A stretch of 64,000 nt of DNA from Chelativorans sp. (GTDB taxonomy: Bacteria; Pseudomonadota; Alphaproteobacteria; Rhizobiales; Rhizobiaceae), in contig NZ_JAPSLH010000005.1 in the NCBI RefSeq assembly GCF_031180965.1, positions 150,284 to 214,283 on the forward strand, written 5' to 3'. A program made the position numbers and the translations under genes. Positions 39,612-48,876 of this stretch are shown here, in pieces (position 1 is the first letter of the stretch; each line of letters starts with the position of its first letter). The notes beneath the pieces are model-generated. The model did not search any database. It saw only the letters and a program-made list of their open reading frames with translations, and was not told the origin of the DNA.

Positions 39612-40319
39612 TCAGGCGACGATGATATAGACCACCTCGTGGGTGTCCGGCTCGACGATGATGATCCGACCGTCGGCGAGCACGAAGAACATGTAGCCTT
39701 CATAGGCCGGGACGAGTTCCACGATGCGCGGCGGAAGCGGACGCAGTTCGATCGTGTCCGGCACGTTCACGCCGATCTCGACCTCCACGTCGATGTCGAC
39801 CGGCTCGACGTCGCTCTCCACGATGATGTTGCGGATCTCGGTCTTCTGCTCATCCGAGATGTTGATCGCGGCCGTGGTCTCGTTCGAGGGCTCCTGGGTG
39901 GAAGCTTCCTCTTCCTGCTTCATTTGGCCGGGAGCGGCCTCGGTCGCGCTTTCAACCTCGCCCGACTTCTGCATCTGGCCGGGGGCCGCCTCGCTGGCGC
40001 TTTCCGCCTCGCCGGACTGCGCCTTCTGTCCAGGCGCCTCGTCGCTGGCCGACTGCTCGCTCGGCTGGCCGGCGTCCGGGGTGGATTCAGCCTCTGCCTG
40101 TCCGGTATCCGCATCCTGTCTGGTGGTGCCGCCCGTGGAGTCCTGCGTCTGGGTATCCTGGGTGTCGGCAGAGCCTCCGGACTGGTCACCGCCCTGCTGC
40201 GGCAAGATTCTCTGCTGCGTGGGAGCAGTGCCGGAACCTTGGGCAAAGGCCGGTAGCGCGGTCATGGCAGCGCCGGACAGAAGTGCCGCCGCAAGGCCGC
40301 TGATCTTGAGAGCTTTCAT
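39612..40319 (-). CDS. secreted DUF1236-like protein with long acidic/Gln/Thr-rich disordered region
   Basis: Signal peptide MKALKISGLAAALLSGAAMTALPAFAQ. C-terminal module ISDEQKTEIRNIIVE...VNVPDTIELRPLP...YEGYMFFVLADGRIIIVEPDTHEVVYII. Contains a 2 x 51-bp tandem repeat (39921-40022). Confidence 0.7.
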   Translation of the reverse strand: MKALKISGLAAALLSGAAMTALPAFAQGSGTAPTQQRILPQQGGDQSGGSADTQDTQTQDSTGGTTRQDADTGQAEAESTPDAGQPSEQSASDEAPGQKAQSGEAESASEAAPGQMQKSGEVESATEAAPGQMKQEEEASTQEPSNETTAAINISDEQKTEIRNIIVESDVEPVDIDVEVEIGVNVPDTIELRPLPPRIVELVPAYEGYMFFVLADGRIIIVEPDTHEVVYIIVA

Positions 40320-40391
40320 TTCAGTTCTCCTTGCAAAATCACGAGTACCGCCCGCTCGCGCACTCCATAGGGCGCGCCGAGCAGCCGGCTA

Positions 40392-40697
40392 TTATTCGAT
40401 GACGTGTACGACCTTGCGGGTTTCCGGCTCGACCAGGACGGTGCGCCCGTCGACCACGACATAGCTGTACTTGATTTCGGGATTGTCGATCGTGTGGAGT
40501 TCGACGGTCTCCGGAAGGGTGGCGCCCACGGTGATCTCGACATCCGGCACTTCGACCGAAGCGACGGAATGCGTCTGCACGTATTCGCGGATGACGGTCT
40601 CCTGCTCCGGCGTCACGACAACTGTCTGGGCCGACGCAATGCCGAGGCCCGCGGCGAGGAAGAGCGCTGCAGCAGCGGTGGTAGAGCGCAGTTTCAT
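40392..40697 (-). CDS. secreted DUF1236-like protein (short paralogue)
   Basis: MKLRSTTAAAALFLAAGLGIASAQ signal peptide, then VTPEQETVIREYVQ...VGATLPETVELHTI...YSYVVVDGRTVLVEPETRKVVHVIE, collinear with the C-terminal module of the neighbouring gene. Confidence 0.7.
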   Translation of the reverse strand: MKLRSTTAAAALFLAAGLGIASAQTVVVTPEQETVIREYVQTHSVASVEVPDVEITVGATLPETVELHTIDNPEIKYSYVVVDGRTVLVEPETRKVVHVIE

Positions 40698-40945
40698 TGG
40701 CAATCTCCTTGATTGAGGTTCAGACATTTCTGTGCTCCGCCTGAGCGGACACGTCGCCCCAGGAACGCGCTCCCCGATGCGCTGTTCCGCCCCTGGGCTT
40801 CGGTCGGAATCGGCAATCAGACCTTAGTCCCACAACGCTCTGACTGAGGTCCGAGCTGGTTTTGGCGATGGTCCGTTACCGGCATCTGCCGGGAACTCAT
40901 CTCCCGGATCCCTGTTGCCGTCGCCAAAGGTTCAAGGAGGCTTCA

Positions 40946-41038
40946 ATGGACAAGAGCGTATACCAGGCCCGATGGTTGCTCGGGCCGATGTTCGGACTGT
41001 TCCTCGGCGTCTTCATCCTCGGCATTGCTGCGGGCTAA
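40946..41038 (+). CDS. unannotated 30-aa hydrophobic peptide
   Basis: AAGGAGG sits 6 nt upstream of the ATG. MDKSVYQARWLLGPMFGLFLGVFILGIAAG* has one TM helix. Below the ORF-track length cutoff. Confidence 0.45.
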   Translation: MDKSVYQARWLLGPMFGLFLGVFILGIAAG

Positions 41039-41225
41039 ACCCCCATTTCGGACAGTTCGAGCGTCACCGGCCGCTCACGTTCTTGCCGCGCAACACCCGT
41101 CCCTTCCTGCGCCGGCAGGCCCGCCGAGGATCACGACGATCTTCGGCGGGCATTTCGTTTTCAGGGATGGCAAGATGGAGACGAGGCAGTAAGGTCCGAC
41201 ACTTGGCCACACGGCCCTGCCTCGA

Positions 41226-41813
41226 TTGGCGGATGAGGTGAGTAAAGGAGGGACGCGCTTGCTCTGCCGTCGCAAATTTCTCTTCGGCGCCGCCAGCCTT
41301 CCCGTGGCAGCAGTTTTCACCGCGATTCCGCTCAAGCTGACCTTCAACGGAGCGCTCCCTGTGCCGGCGCTCGAGGCCGCCCGCGCTCAGGGCAATAGCG
41401 GAGGCGGCAACGGCGGCAATGGCGGAGGCGGCAATGGTGGAGGCGGAGGCAATGGCGGCGGTGGGGGTAACAGCGGCGGTGGTGGTGGTAACGGCGGCGG
41501 CAATAGCGGCGGTGCCGGAAATAGCGGAAACGGGCCGGGAAACAGCGGCGGTGCTCCTGGCCGCGATGGCCGCGGCAATGCAGGCGGCGTGAACCGGGGA
41601 AATTCGCAGGGAAACGGCGAGCCCGTCGTCCGCTCCACCCGAGAGGGAACGGTCGTGATCCATGGCTCGACGATCGAGCTTCGCCACCGCAACGGGATGC
41701 GCGAGCGGGTGGGGCGCGGGCGCTATGTCATGACCGATGCCCAGGGCCGCACAATCATCAACCGAAGGGCGACGAGGTCCGACCTTGCGAGGCTGCGGCG
41801 CATCGCCGATTGA
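41226..41813 (+). CDS. Tat-signal, Gly/Asn-rich secreted hypothetical protein
   Basis: CRRKFLFGAASLPVAA resembles a twin-arginine motif (RRxFL). A 76-aa (G/N/S)n tract is followed by a structured-looking C-terminus (VVIHGSTIELRHRNGMRERVGRGRYVMTDAQGRTIINRRAT). Confidence 0.55.
   Translation: MADEVSKGGTRLLCRRKFLFGAASLPVAAVFTAIPLKLTFNGALPVPALEAARAQGNSGGGNGGNGGGGNGGGGGNGGGGGNSGGGGGNGGGNSGGAGNSGNGPGNSGGAPGRDGRGNAGGVNRGNSQGNGEPVVRSTREGTVVIHGSTIELRHRNGMRERVGRGRYVMTDAQGRTIINRRATRSDLARLRRIAD
41391..41618 (+). repeat. low-complexity GGN/GGC codon repeat tract (Gly/Asn-rich)
   Basis: GNSGGGNGGNGGGGNGGGGGNGGGGGNSGGGGGNGGGNSGG... encoded by reiterated ggcggcaat/ggcggtggt units. Confidence 0.8.
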
Positions 41814-41845
41814 TCCATCAAGCGTTCATCGGGCGCGGCGGGGAG

Positions 41846-42490
41846 TCACCGCTGTTCAAGGGCATCCCGCAGGGCCATGGCGGCTTCGGTGCGGTTGCTG
41901 ACGCGCAGCTTGGAAAAAATGCGCGTCATATGGTGTTTCACGGTCTTTTCCTGCAGGTCGAGTTCCAGCGCCACGCGCTTGTTGCTGAGGCCTGCGGCCA
42001 CCAGTCTCAATATCTCCTTCTCGCGCGCGGTCAGCTCTGAAATCGGGTCGGGGCTGGGCGAGGCGTTGCGCTGCGTAAGAGTGCCGAGTAGGCGGGCCGA
42101 GAGCGTCGGCGATACATAGCTTTCGCCTGCAGCAACGGTGCGCAGCACCTCGGCGAGGGTGCGTGACCCCACGCCCTTCAGGACATAGCCTTTCGCGCCG
42201 CTGCCCAAGGCCTTGGCGACGTCGTCGCTCGTCTCGGAGACGGTGAGCATGACGATCTTCTGGTCGGGGAAGACGTCCAGGATGGGACGGATCGCGTTGA
42301 GGCCGCCGCCCGGCATGGAGATGTCCATCAGCAGGATGTCCGGACGCTTCTCCTCGACAATGCGGAATGCGTCGTCACTGGTGCCGCCTTCGCCGACGAT
42401 CTCGAACCCGCCGATCTCTGAAAGGCTGCGTGTCACGCCTTCCCTGAACAGCGGGTGATCGTCGACGACCGCGATTCTTATAGGCGCCAT
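41846..42490 (-). CDS. NarL/FixJ-family response regulator (REC plus LuxR HTH)
   Basis: [27 protein letters not shown]-terminal [43 protein letters not shown]. Confidence 0.9.
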   Translation of the reverse strand: MAPIRIAVVDDHPLFREGVTRSLSEIGGFEIVGEGGTSDDAFRIVEEKRPDILLMDISMPGGGLNAIRPILDVFPDQKIVMLTVSETSDDVAKALGSGAKGYVLKGVGSRTLAEVLRTVAAGESYVSPTLSARLLGTLTQRNASPSPDPISELTAREKEILRLVAAGLSNKRVALELDLQEKTVKHHMTRIFSKLRVSNRTEAAMALRDALEQR

Positions 42491-43962
42491 CAGGCGTGCT
42501 CCATCTCTTCCACATTCAGCGACATCCGCACCCGGGTGCCCCTTCCTGGGGCCGACTCGACGAAAAAGCGTCCGCCGAGGCTTTCCACGCGCTCGCGCAG
42601 GCCCGCAAGGCCGATGCTTTCGGGGCGGATCAGGTCGGGGTGGAAGCCCGGCCCGCCATCCGACACTTCGATGATGATACTGCCGTTCTCGCGGCTCTGC
42701 GTCACCGATTGCCTGATGCCGCCCCCGTGGCGGTAGCCGTTGTTGAGCGCTTCCTGGACGAAGCGGAAGATGCAGATCTTTGCCGCCGGCGACATGGAGC
42801 GCGGCGCGTTCGATGTCTTGAGCCGCACCTTGCTTCCCGTCCGCTGCTCATGTGCCTGGACGACCCGCGCCAGCATGTCCGGCAGGTCGGCGCCCTCGAT
42901 ATGCGGGAGAACCAATCCGTTGCAGATGTTGCGGATCTCGCGCATCGCCTCCTCCAGGCTGGACTTGATGGCGGAAAGCTCGGCCGAGAGCTTCTTGTTG
43001 GCGCTGGCCGCAAGGCTCAGCGCCTCGCTGTCGAGCCGCAGAGCGGCAAAGGCGACGAGCTGCGCCGGCCCGTCGTGAAGGTCTGCGCCGATGCGCCTCA
43101 GATAGCTCTCGTTGAGTGCCGCGGCGCGTTGCGAGGCCCGCTTGACGCGGGCATGCAGCGTCCGGTTCTGCGCGAGCAGGTCGGACAGTTCGCTCACCCG
43201 GTCTTTCAGCGCCTGCCGTTGGCGGTCGATGATCCGGCTCCCCCGCAGAACAATGAGCGACAGGGTGAGGAAGAAGCATGAGGTGATGAGCGCCACTGCC
43301 AGCCAGCTGCGGATGCGGGCCTGGTTGAGGCTGCGCTCGAAGTCGGTGGCGAGTTCGTAGAATTCCGAAACTGCCACCACTTCGCCCGACCATGGCTGCA
43401 GGATCGGGTTGTAGATTTCGAGCAGCGGCAGCCCGCTCCGGCCCTCCGCTTGGCTTTCCGGGTCCTCGGGGCGATCGAACTCGGCCACCATCTCGCCGGA
43501 GAAGGCGGCTTGGAGATTCTCGCTCGGCGCGAAGCGCTTGCCGACAAGATCCGGGTCGTCGGCGTAGAGGATTGTGCCGTCCCGGTGCCAGATGCGGAAG
43601 GAAATCAGCCTGTCGCCCAGCGCACCCTGGCCGAGTGTTTCGTCGAGTGCCCGCGCCACTGCGTCGTCCAGCGCCTCGGTCCTTCTCATGTCGGGCAGGA
43701 GCGGGGCTATGACGCTGTCCACATACAAGGCGGTGCTGGCGGCGGAATTCCGCGTCACCGCTTCCTCGATCAGCCGCGTGACCAGGGCGCCGACCAGCAG
43801 CATGGCGACGAGCGAGACGAAGCCGCCGGCCAGCAGGAACTGTCTGGCCAGGGATTGGGAAAACCAGCGCTCGACCAGGCTATTCAGACGCAGCTTCACG
43901 CGCTTCGCAGACCTCCTGGCGCGCCCGGACGAGTTGCCTATAGCGGAACAGCGGGCCGTCAA
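42490..43962 (-). CDS. membrane sensor histidine kinase (HisKA_3 / NarX-DegS type)
   Basis: [21 protein letters not shown]-box and a C-terminal HATPase ([12 protein letters not shown]...[14 protein letters not shown]). Two TM segments. The exact start is uncertain. 1-nt TGATG overlap with the regulator. Confidence 0.85.
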   Translation of the reverse strand: MTARCSAIGNSSGRARRSAKRVKLRLNSLVERWFSQSLARQFLLAGGFVSLVAMLLVGALVTRLIEEAVTRNSAASTALYVDSVIAPLLPDMRRTEALDDAVARALDETLGQGALGDRLISFRIWHRDGTILYADDPDLVGKRFAPSENLQAAFSGEMVAEFDRPEDPESQAEGRSGLPLLEIYNPILQPWSGEVVAVSEFYELATDFERSLNQARIRSWLAVALITSCFFLTLSLIVLRGSRIIDRQRQALKDRVSELSDLLAQNRTLHARVKRASQRAAALNESYLRRIGADLHDGPAQLVAFAALRLDSEALSLAASANKKLSAELSAIKSSLEEAMREIRNICNGLVLPHIEGADLPDMLARVVQAHEQRTGSKVRLKTSNAPRSMSPAAKICIFRFVQEALNNGYRHGGGIRQSVTQSRENGSIIIEVSDGGPGFHPDLIRPESIGLAGLRERVESLGGRFFVESAPGRGTRVRMSLNVEEMEHA

Positions 43963-44131
43963 CAGGCCACAACGTGCATGCGGGGCTTTGGTTCACCGCC
44001 GCGGACGCTGATCTGTGTGCGCGGATGGAACGCGATATGTGGTGGGCGGACCAAACCTGTCGTAGACTCGAGAAGGACGGAGCTCTTCCGCCTCCGAACG
44101 GCTAGAGGACATTCGCGAAAGGACGCTTCTG

Positions 44132-44821
44132 ATGAGAATTCTCGCGGTGGGAGCGCACCCGGACGACATCGAGATCTTCATGTTCGGCACGCTTGCGGCC
44201 TTTTCCGCGCGCGGCGCCACGCTGCACTTTGCGATCGCGACCGACGGCGCGCTCGGCGGCCGGGGCGACCGCGCGGAACTGAGCCGGACGCGCAAGGCGG
44301 AGGCCGGCCGCGCGGCGGCGCTTCTCTCTGCGGATTTTGAGTTCCTGGACTTCCCCGATGGCGGCCTTTCAGCGGATGCAGAACTGATCGGCGTGCTGAA
44401 GGCGCATATCGGCCGCATCGGACCGGACCTGGTGCTCACCCACTGGCGCGATGACTATCACGGCGATCACCGGGCCCTCTCGGAGGCGGTGCGGATCGCA
44501 AGCTCCTTTGCCGCGCCTGTGCTTTATGCCGACACGATTGGCGGCGTCGGCTTCGCGCCGACGCACTATGTAGACATCTCCTCCCATTTCCCGCTCAAGC
44601 TCGACGCCATTCGCGCGCATGTCTCCCAGGATCCGGAACGCTTCGTTCAGCGTCTAACCGTGCATAACGGCTTCAGGGCGATGCAATGCAACGCGCCCGC
44701 CGGCTCCTATGCGGAAGCCTGGCGTTTCGAGCCGATTTATCCCTTCGCCGATATCAGGGACCTGCTGCCCCCGGCGCCACCTGTGCGTCCGGTCGGCGAC
44801 AGGAGCCGGCCGCCGTCCTGA
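44132..44821 (+). CDS. PIG-L/LmbE-family (CE14-type) N-deacetylase
   Basis: MRILAVGAHPDDIEIFMFGT...HWRDDYHGDH contains the AHPDD and HxDH zinc motifs of the family. Confidence 0.85.
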   Translation: MRILAVGAHPDDIEIFMFGTLAAFSARGATLHFAIATDGALGGRGDRAELSRTRKAEAGRAAALLSADFEFLDFPDGGLSADAELIGVLKAHIGRIGPDLVLTHWRDDYHGDHRALSEAVRIASSFAAPVLYADTIGGVGFAPTHYVDISSHFPLKLDAIRAHVSQDPERFVQRLTVHNGFRAMQCNAPAGSYAEAWRFEPIYPFADIRDLLPPAPPVRPVGDRSRPPS

Positions 44822-44930
44822 CATTCGGCCCGGCACCGCGGGAAGCGCGATGATGTGGGCTGGCCGACTCGCTGCAAATCCGGTATTAAAACGTTTGCAG
44901 AACGCTCTTAAGCTGTGCGCGGAGGCTGAA

Positions 44931-45983
44931 GTGACTGATCTGGCCCTGGTGCTTACCGCAGCGCGCCAGCTCTCCTATGAGGAGATCGAGCAGGTGCCGC
45001 TAAGGTCCGGACAGGTTCGGCTGCGGACCTTGTTCTCCGGCATCAGCGCGGGAACCGAGCTCAGCCAGTATCGCGGCACCTCTCCCTATATGAACCGCCG
45101 CTGGGACGAGCAGAACCGGATGTTCCGCGAAAGCGCCGTGCCGAGCTGGACCTTCCCGGTGCGCAATCTGGGCTATGAGGAGGCGGGGGAGGTCGTCGAG
45201 GTGGCGTCCGATGTCACCCGTATCAAGCCGGGAGACCGGATCTTCGGCACCTGGGGGCATCGCAGCGCCCATGTGCTCAGCGAGGCGGAGGCCGCCGATC
45301 GTCTGCTGCCTGCCGATGCCGATCCGCGCATCGGAATCTTCTCGCATATCGGGGCGGTGGCGCTGAACGGCGTTCACGATGCCCGCATCCGGATGGGCGA
45401 TCTCGTCGTCGTCTTCGGCCTCGGCGTGCCCGGCCAGATCGTGCTCCAGGCCGCCCGCGCTTCCGGTGCGACCGTGATCGGCGTCGATCCGGTGGCGAGC
45501 CGCAGGCTCATGGCCGAGCAGCTGGGCGCCGACCGCACGCTCGATCCCTCGGGGGGATCGGTGGCCGAGATCGTCAAGGGCGAGACAGGCGGCCGCGGCG
45601 CCGACATCTGCATCGAGGTCTCCGGCGTCCCCGCCGCCCTGGCGGAGGCGATGCGGACGGTCGCCTATGCGAGCCGCGTGGTCGCCATGGGCTTCTTCCA
45701 GGGCGAGACGCGCGGCCTGTTCCTCGGCGACGAGTTCCACCACAACCGCATCGAGGTGATCTCCAGCCAGATATCCGGGGTCGCGCCCGAGGCGAGCCAC
45801 CGCTGGAGCAAATTGCGCCTGTGGCAGACGGCCGTGCGCCTGCAGCATGAGGGCCGCCTCAACCTCGTCCCGCTGATAACGGACATGGTGCCTTTTGCCG
45901 AGGCGCCGTCCCTGTTTACGCGGCTCGATGCGGGCGATCCCGGCATATTGCAATCCGTCCTGAGCTTCGGGGAGGAGGCATGA
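44931..45983 (+). CDS. zinc-type medium-chain alcohol/polyol dehydrogenase (MDR)
   Basis: Track ORF 44709..45983. GTG at 44931 has GGAGG 5 nt upstream (ATG alternative at 44850). GDRIFG, VVVFGLGVPGQIVLQAARASGA Rossmann. Confidence 0.75.
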   Translation: MTDLALVLTAARQLSYEEIEQVPLRSGQVRLRTLFSGISAGTELSQYRGTSPYMNRRWDEQNRMFRESAVPSWTFPVRNLGYEEAGEVVEVASDVTRIKPGDRIFGTWGHRSAHVLSEAEAADRLLPADADPRIGIFSHIGAVALNGVHDARIRMGDLVVVFGLGVPGQIVLQAARASGATVIGVDPVASRRLMAEQLGADRTLDPSGGSVAEIVKGETGGRGADICIEVSGVPAALAEAMRTVAYASRVVAMGFFQGETRGLFLGDEFHHNRIEVISSQISGVAPEASHRWSKLRLWQTAVRLQHEGRLNLVPLITDMVPFAEAPSLFTRLDAGDPGILQSVLSFGEEA

Positions 45984-46957
45984 GCCTGCGCGTCGGCCTC
46001 CTCGGTCCGGGCGGGATCGGCGCCCGCCACGCGGCGGCGGTCGGCCAGCTCGGCGAGCGCATGACGCTGGTCGCCTGCTGCGGCCGCGACGAGGAGCGCA
46101 CGCGGGCCTTCGCCTCAAGGTTCGGCATTGTTGCCTACACTGACTTCGGCCGCATGCTGGAGGAGGCCGATCTTGACCTCCTCATCGTGGCTCTGCCGCC
46201 CTTTGCGCACAGCGGCGAGGTGGAAATGGCCGCGCAGGCGGGCATCAATCTCCTCGTCGAAAAGCCGATCGCGCTCGACCTCGATCGTGCTCGATCCATG
46301 GTCGAGGCGGCAGGGAGCGTCGTTGCCGCCTGCGGCTTCATGTACCGGTTCGGAGAAGCCGTCACGCGATGGGACGCGCTTTCTGCAGCAGGAAGCACCG
46401 GTCCGGCCGGTCATTTCTCCGGCTCCTTCCACTGCAACGCGCTGCACGCGCCGTGGTGGCGCGAGCGCGCCAAATCCGGCGGCCAGATCGTTGAGCAGCT
46501 GATCCACATCGTCGATATGGCGCGCCATACGCTCGGCATGCCGCAAACTGTCTATGCCCGCGCCGAAAACCTCTTCCACCGGGCGGTGCCCGGCTATGAC
46601 AGCCCCGATGTGAGCGCGATGATCCTCGGCTACGACAGTGGCGCCGTCGGCGTGCTTCATGCGTCCAACGCCGCCATCCCCGGACGCTGGAGCAAGCAGT
46701 GGCAGATCATCGCCGAACGGATGACCGGCATCTTCGCCGACTTCAATACGGCCGAGCTCGTCCACACGGCGGGCGAGGTGCAGAGCGAAATGGTCACCGG
46801 CGATGTCGATCCGTTCGTTGCCCAGCTCGCCGACCTTGCCGAGGCGATCGCCGAGCGCCGCAGCCAGCGCGTGCCATTGTCCGACGGGCTGGAGACCTTG
46901 AAGATCGTGCTGGCGGCACAGCGCTCGGCCGACGAACGCCGTGAGGTGAGCCTGTGA
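45980..46957 (+). CDS. Gfo/Idh/MocA-family oxidoreductase
   Basis: LRVGLLGPGGIGARHAAAV Rossmann, EKP motif (LLVEKPIAL). 4-nt overlaps with both neighbours. Confidence 0.85.
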   Translation: MSLRVGLLGPGGIGARHAAAVGQLGERMTLVACCGRDEERTRAFASRFGIVAYTDFGRMLEEADLDLLIVALPPFAHSGEVEMAAQAGINLLVEKPIALDLDRARSMVEAAGSVVAACGFMYRFGEAVTRWDALSAAGSTGPAGHFSGSFHCNALHAPWWRERAKSGGQIVEQLIHIVDMARHTLGMPQTVYARAENLFHRAVPGYDSPDVSAMILGYDSGAVGVLHASNAAIPGRWSKQWQIIAERMTGIFADFNTAELVHTAGEVQSEMVTGDVDPFVAQLADLAEAIAERRSQRVPLSDGLETLKIVLAAQRSADERREVSL

Positions 46958-48876
46958 CCGCCGCGTCCGCTGCGCCGGCTTTTGAGATCGGCGGCATTCT
47001 GCTTTCCGATCTCGCGCCTCTCGTCGATGGCTCCGTGCCTGGCCACAGTCTGACCCGCGTCTCGCCCTCCGCGATCGTCTGGACGCTTGAGGATGGTCGG
47101 TCTGTGTCCATGGAGATCGGAGCTGCCGGCAAGCATAGACGGTGGACCATGGTCCTGTCCGGCTTTGCCGGAGAGGCGCGGCTAGCCTCACTGGGCCTGC
47201 GCATCGGCCGGATCGGCAATGTCAGGCAGTATCTGCGCAACGGCTATATGAGCTGGGACGGCAGCTACTTCGTGGAGCCGGACAGCGCGCGTGAAGTCGC
47301 CCGCGCCGATGCAAGGCTCCTTTCCGGCCATGCGATGACGACCCTGTTGCCGCGCGCCGGAAGCGGCGCGACGGTCCTCGGCTTTCTGCGCCACGATCGC
47401 TACCAGAGCCGCCTGCGCTTCGATTTCGAGCAGGGGCCGCTGAGGCTCGACATCGAGACGCTGATCGATGGCGTGCCGCACACCGGCGAGGTCCGCGGCG
47501 AGACGATGGTGCTGTTTGCTGGGGAGGACGTCGAGGAAAGCCTGCGCCAATGGGCGCGGCTTGTCGCGGAAGCTTCGCCGCTTCCGCCGCGCGTGCCGCC
47601 GCGGCGTATTGCCGGCTGGTGCTCCTGGTACAACCTTTATGCTTCCCTCAGCGAGGACGTTCTGGCCGAGCATCTGGAGGCGTGCCGCCGCTTCCGCGAC
47701 GAGAAGCAGGTTCCTTTCGAGATCTTCCAGATCGACGACGGCTTCACCCCAGAAATGGGCGACTGGCTGGAAACAAGGCCGAGCTTTCCCGGCGGGATGA
47801 AGCCGGTGATGGACAAGGCCCGGGAGGCCGGCTTCACCCCCGGCCTCTGGATCGCGCCCTTCATGGTCGGCAACCGCTCGAAGCTCTTCGCTGCACATCC
47901 CGACTGGGTGGTGCGCGATCGGGCGAGCGGCCAGCCTCTGGCGCCGATGAAATTTTATGGCGAGTTCCGCTGGCACAAGCGCAGCGAGGAATACTACGTC
48001 CTCGACATCACCCATCCCGAGGCGGAGGCCCATATCAGGAATGTCTTCCGCATCTGGGCGCGGGACTGGGGCTGCGGCTACTTCAAGACCGACTTCATGC
48101 ATCTGGGGAGCATGTATGGGCCGGACGAGGCCGTGTGGCACCGGGACGGCCTTTCGCGCATGGACATCTGGATGAAGATGGCGCGGCTGATCCGCGAGGA
48201 GATCGGCGAAGCGCTGTGGCTGTGCTGCGGCGCGCCAATCTGGGCGCCGGTCGGGCTCGCCGACGCAATGCGCATCGGCCGCGACATCGGCGTGAGCTGG
48301 ACCGGTCATTATTCGGCCGAGTCGCTTCTGCGCGACCAGACCGCCCGCAACTTCGCCAACGGGATCCTCTGGCAGGCCGATCCCGATTGCATTCTCCTGC
48401 GCGAGCGCTTCCATGATCTGAGCGATGAGCAGGTGCGATCGCTCGCCCTGTTCGCGGGCCTTGCCGGCGGCGTCCTGATGACGAGCGATCAACTCGACGA
48501 AGTACCCGAGCCGCGCCGGGCGCTGCTGGCCGAACTCGCCGGGAGCGGCGAGCCCTTCACCTGCGATTTCCTGCAGCTGGGGCAGCCCGGCCTGCGCTAT
48601 AGGCTGGGAACGGGGCCGGACGGGCAGCCACTTGCGGTGGCGGAGGGCGACCCTGTGCTGCTGCAACGGGTGCGGCGGGCGGACGGCTCGGTCCTGCTCA
48701 ATGTCTTCAACACCGGCGCGCTACCCGCCGAGCGGCTGGTGCCGTGGGAGCTCTTTGGCGGACAGGGCGAGATGAAGGTGTCCGAGGACGGAACGCCATG
48801 CCCGGCATCGGCAGCCGGCATCTTTGTGCGCCTCGCACCATATCAGTCCCGCCTGTTGCTGGCCGTCGCCGCATGA
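46954..48876 (+). CDS. GH36-like (clan GH-D, melibiase-type) alpha-glycosidase
   Basis: 640 aa; GWCSWYNLY, FQIDDGF, GLWIAPF, YFKTDFM (candidate nucleophile Asp), MRIGRDI. No signal peptide. Confidence 0.75.
   Translation: MTAASAAPAFEIGGILLSDLAPLVDGSVPGHSLTRVSPSAIVWTLEDGRSVSMEIGAAGKHRRWTMVLSGFAGEARLASLGLRIGRIGNVRQYLRNGYMSWDGSYFVEPDSAREVARADARLLSGHAMTTLLPRAGSGATVLGFLRHDRYQSRLRFDFEQGPLRLDIETLIDGVPHTGEVRGETMVLFAGEDVEESLRQWARLVAEASPLPPRVPPRRIAGWCSWYNLYASLSEDVLAEHLEACRRFRDEKQVPFEIFQIDDGFTPEMGDWLETRPSFPGGMKPVMDKAREAGFTPGLWIAPFMVGNRSKLFAAHPDWVVRDRASGQPLAPMKFYGEFRWHKRSEEYYVLDITHPEAEAHIRNVFRIWARDWGCGYFKTDFMHLGSMYGPDEAVWHRDGLSRMDIWMKMARLIREEIGEALWLCCGAPIWAPVGLADAMRIGRDIGVSWTGHYSAESLLRDQTARNFANGILWQADPDCILLRERFHDLSDEQVRSLALFAGLAGGVLMTSDQLDEVPEPRRALLAELAGSGEPFTCDFLQLGQPGLRYRLGTGPDGQPLAVAEGDPVLLQRVRRADGSVLLNVFNTGALPAERLVPWELFGGQGEMKVSEDGTPCPASAAGIFVRLAPYQSRLLLAVAA

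Noticed and set aside
41064-41692. Minus-strand ORFs (207 aa and 101 aa) opposite the Gly/Asn-rich gene
   Set aside because: They are poly-Ala/Pro/Thr mirror images of the GGN repeat. The plus-strand ORF has a signal-like N-terminus and a non-repetitive C-terminal domain, so it is preferred, although with moderate confidence.
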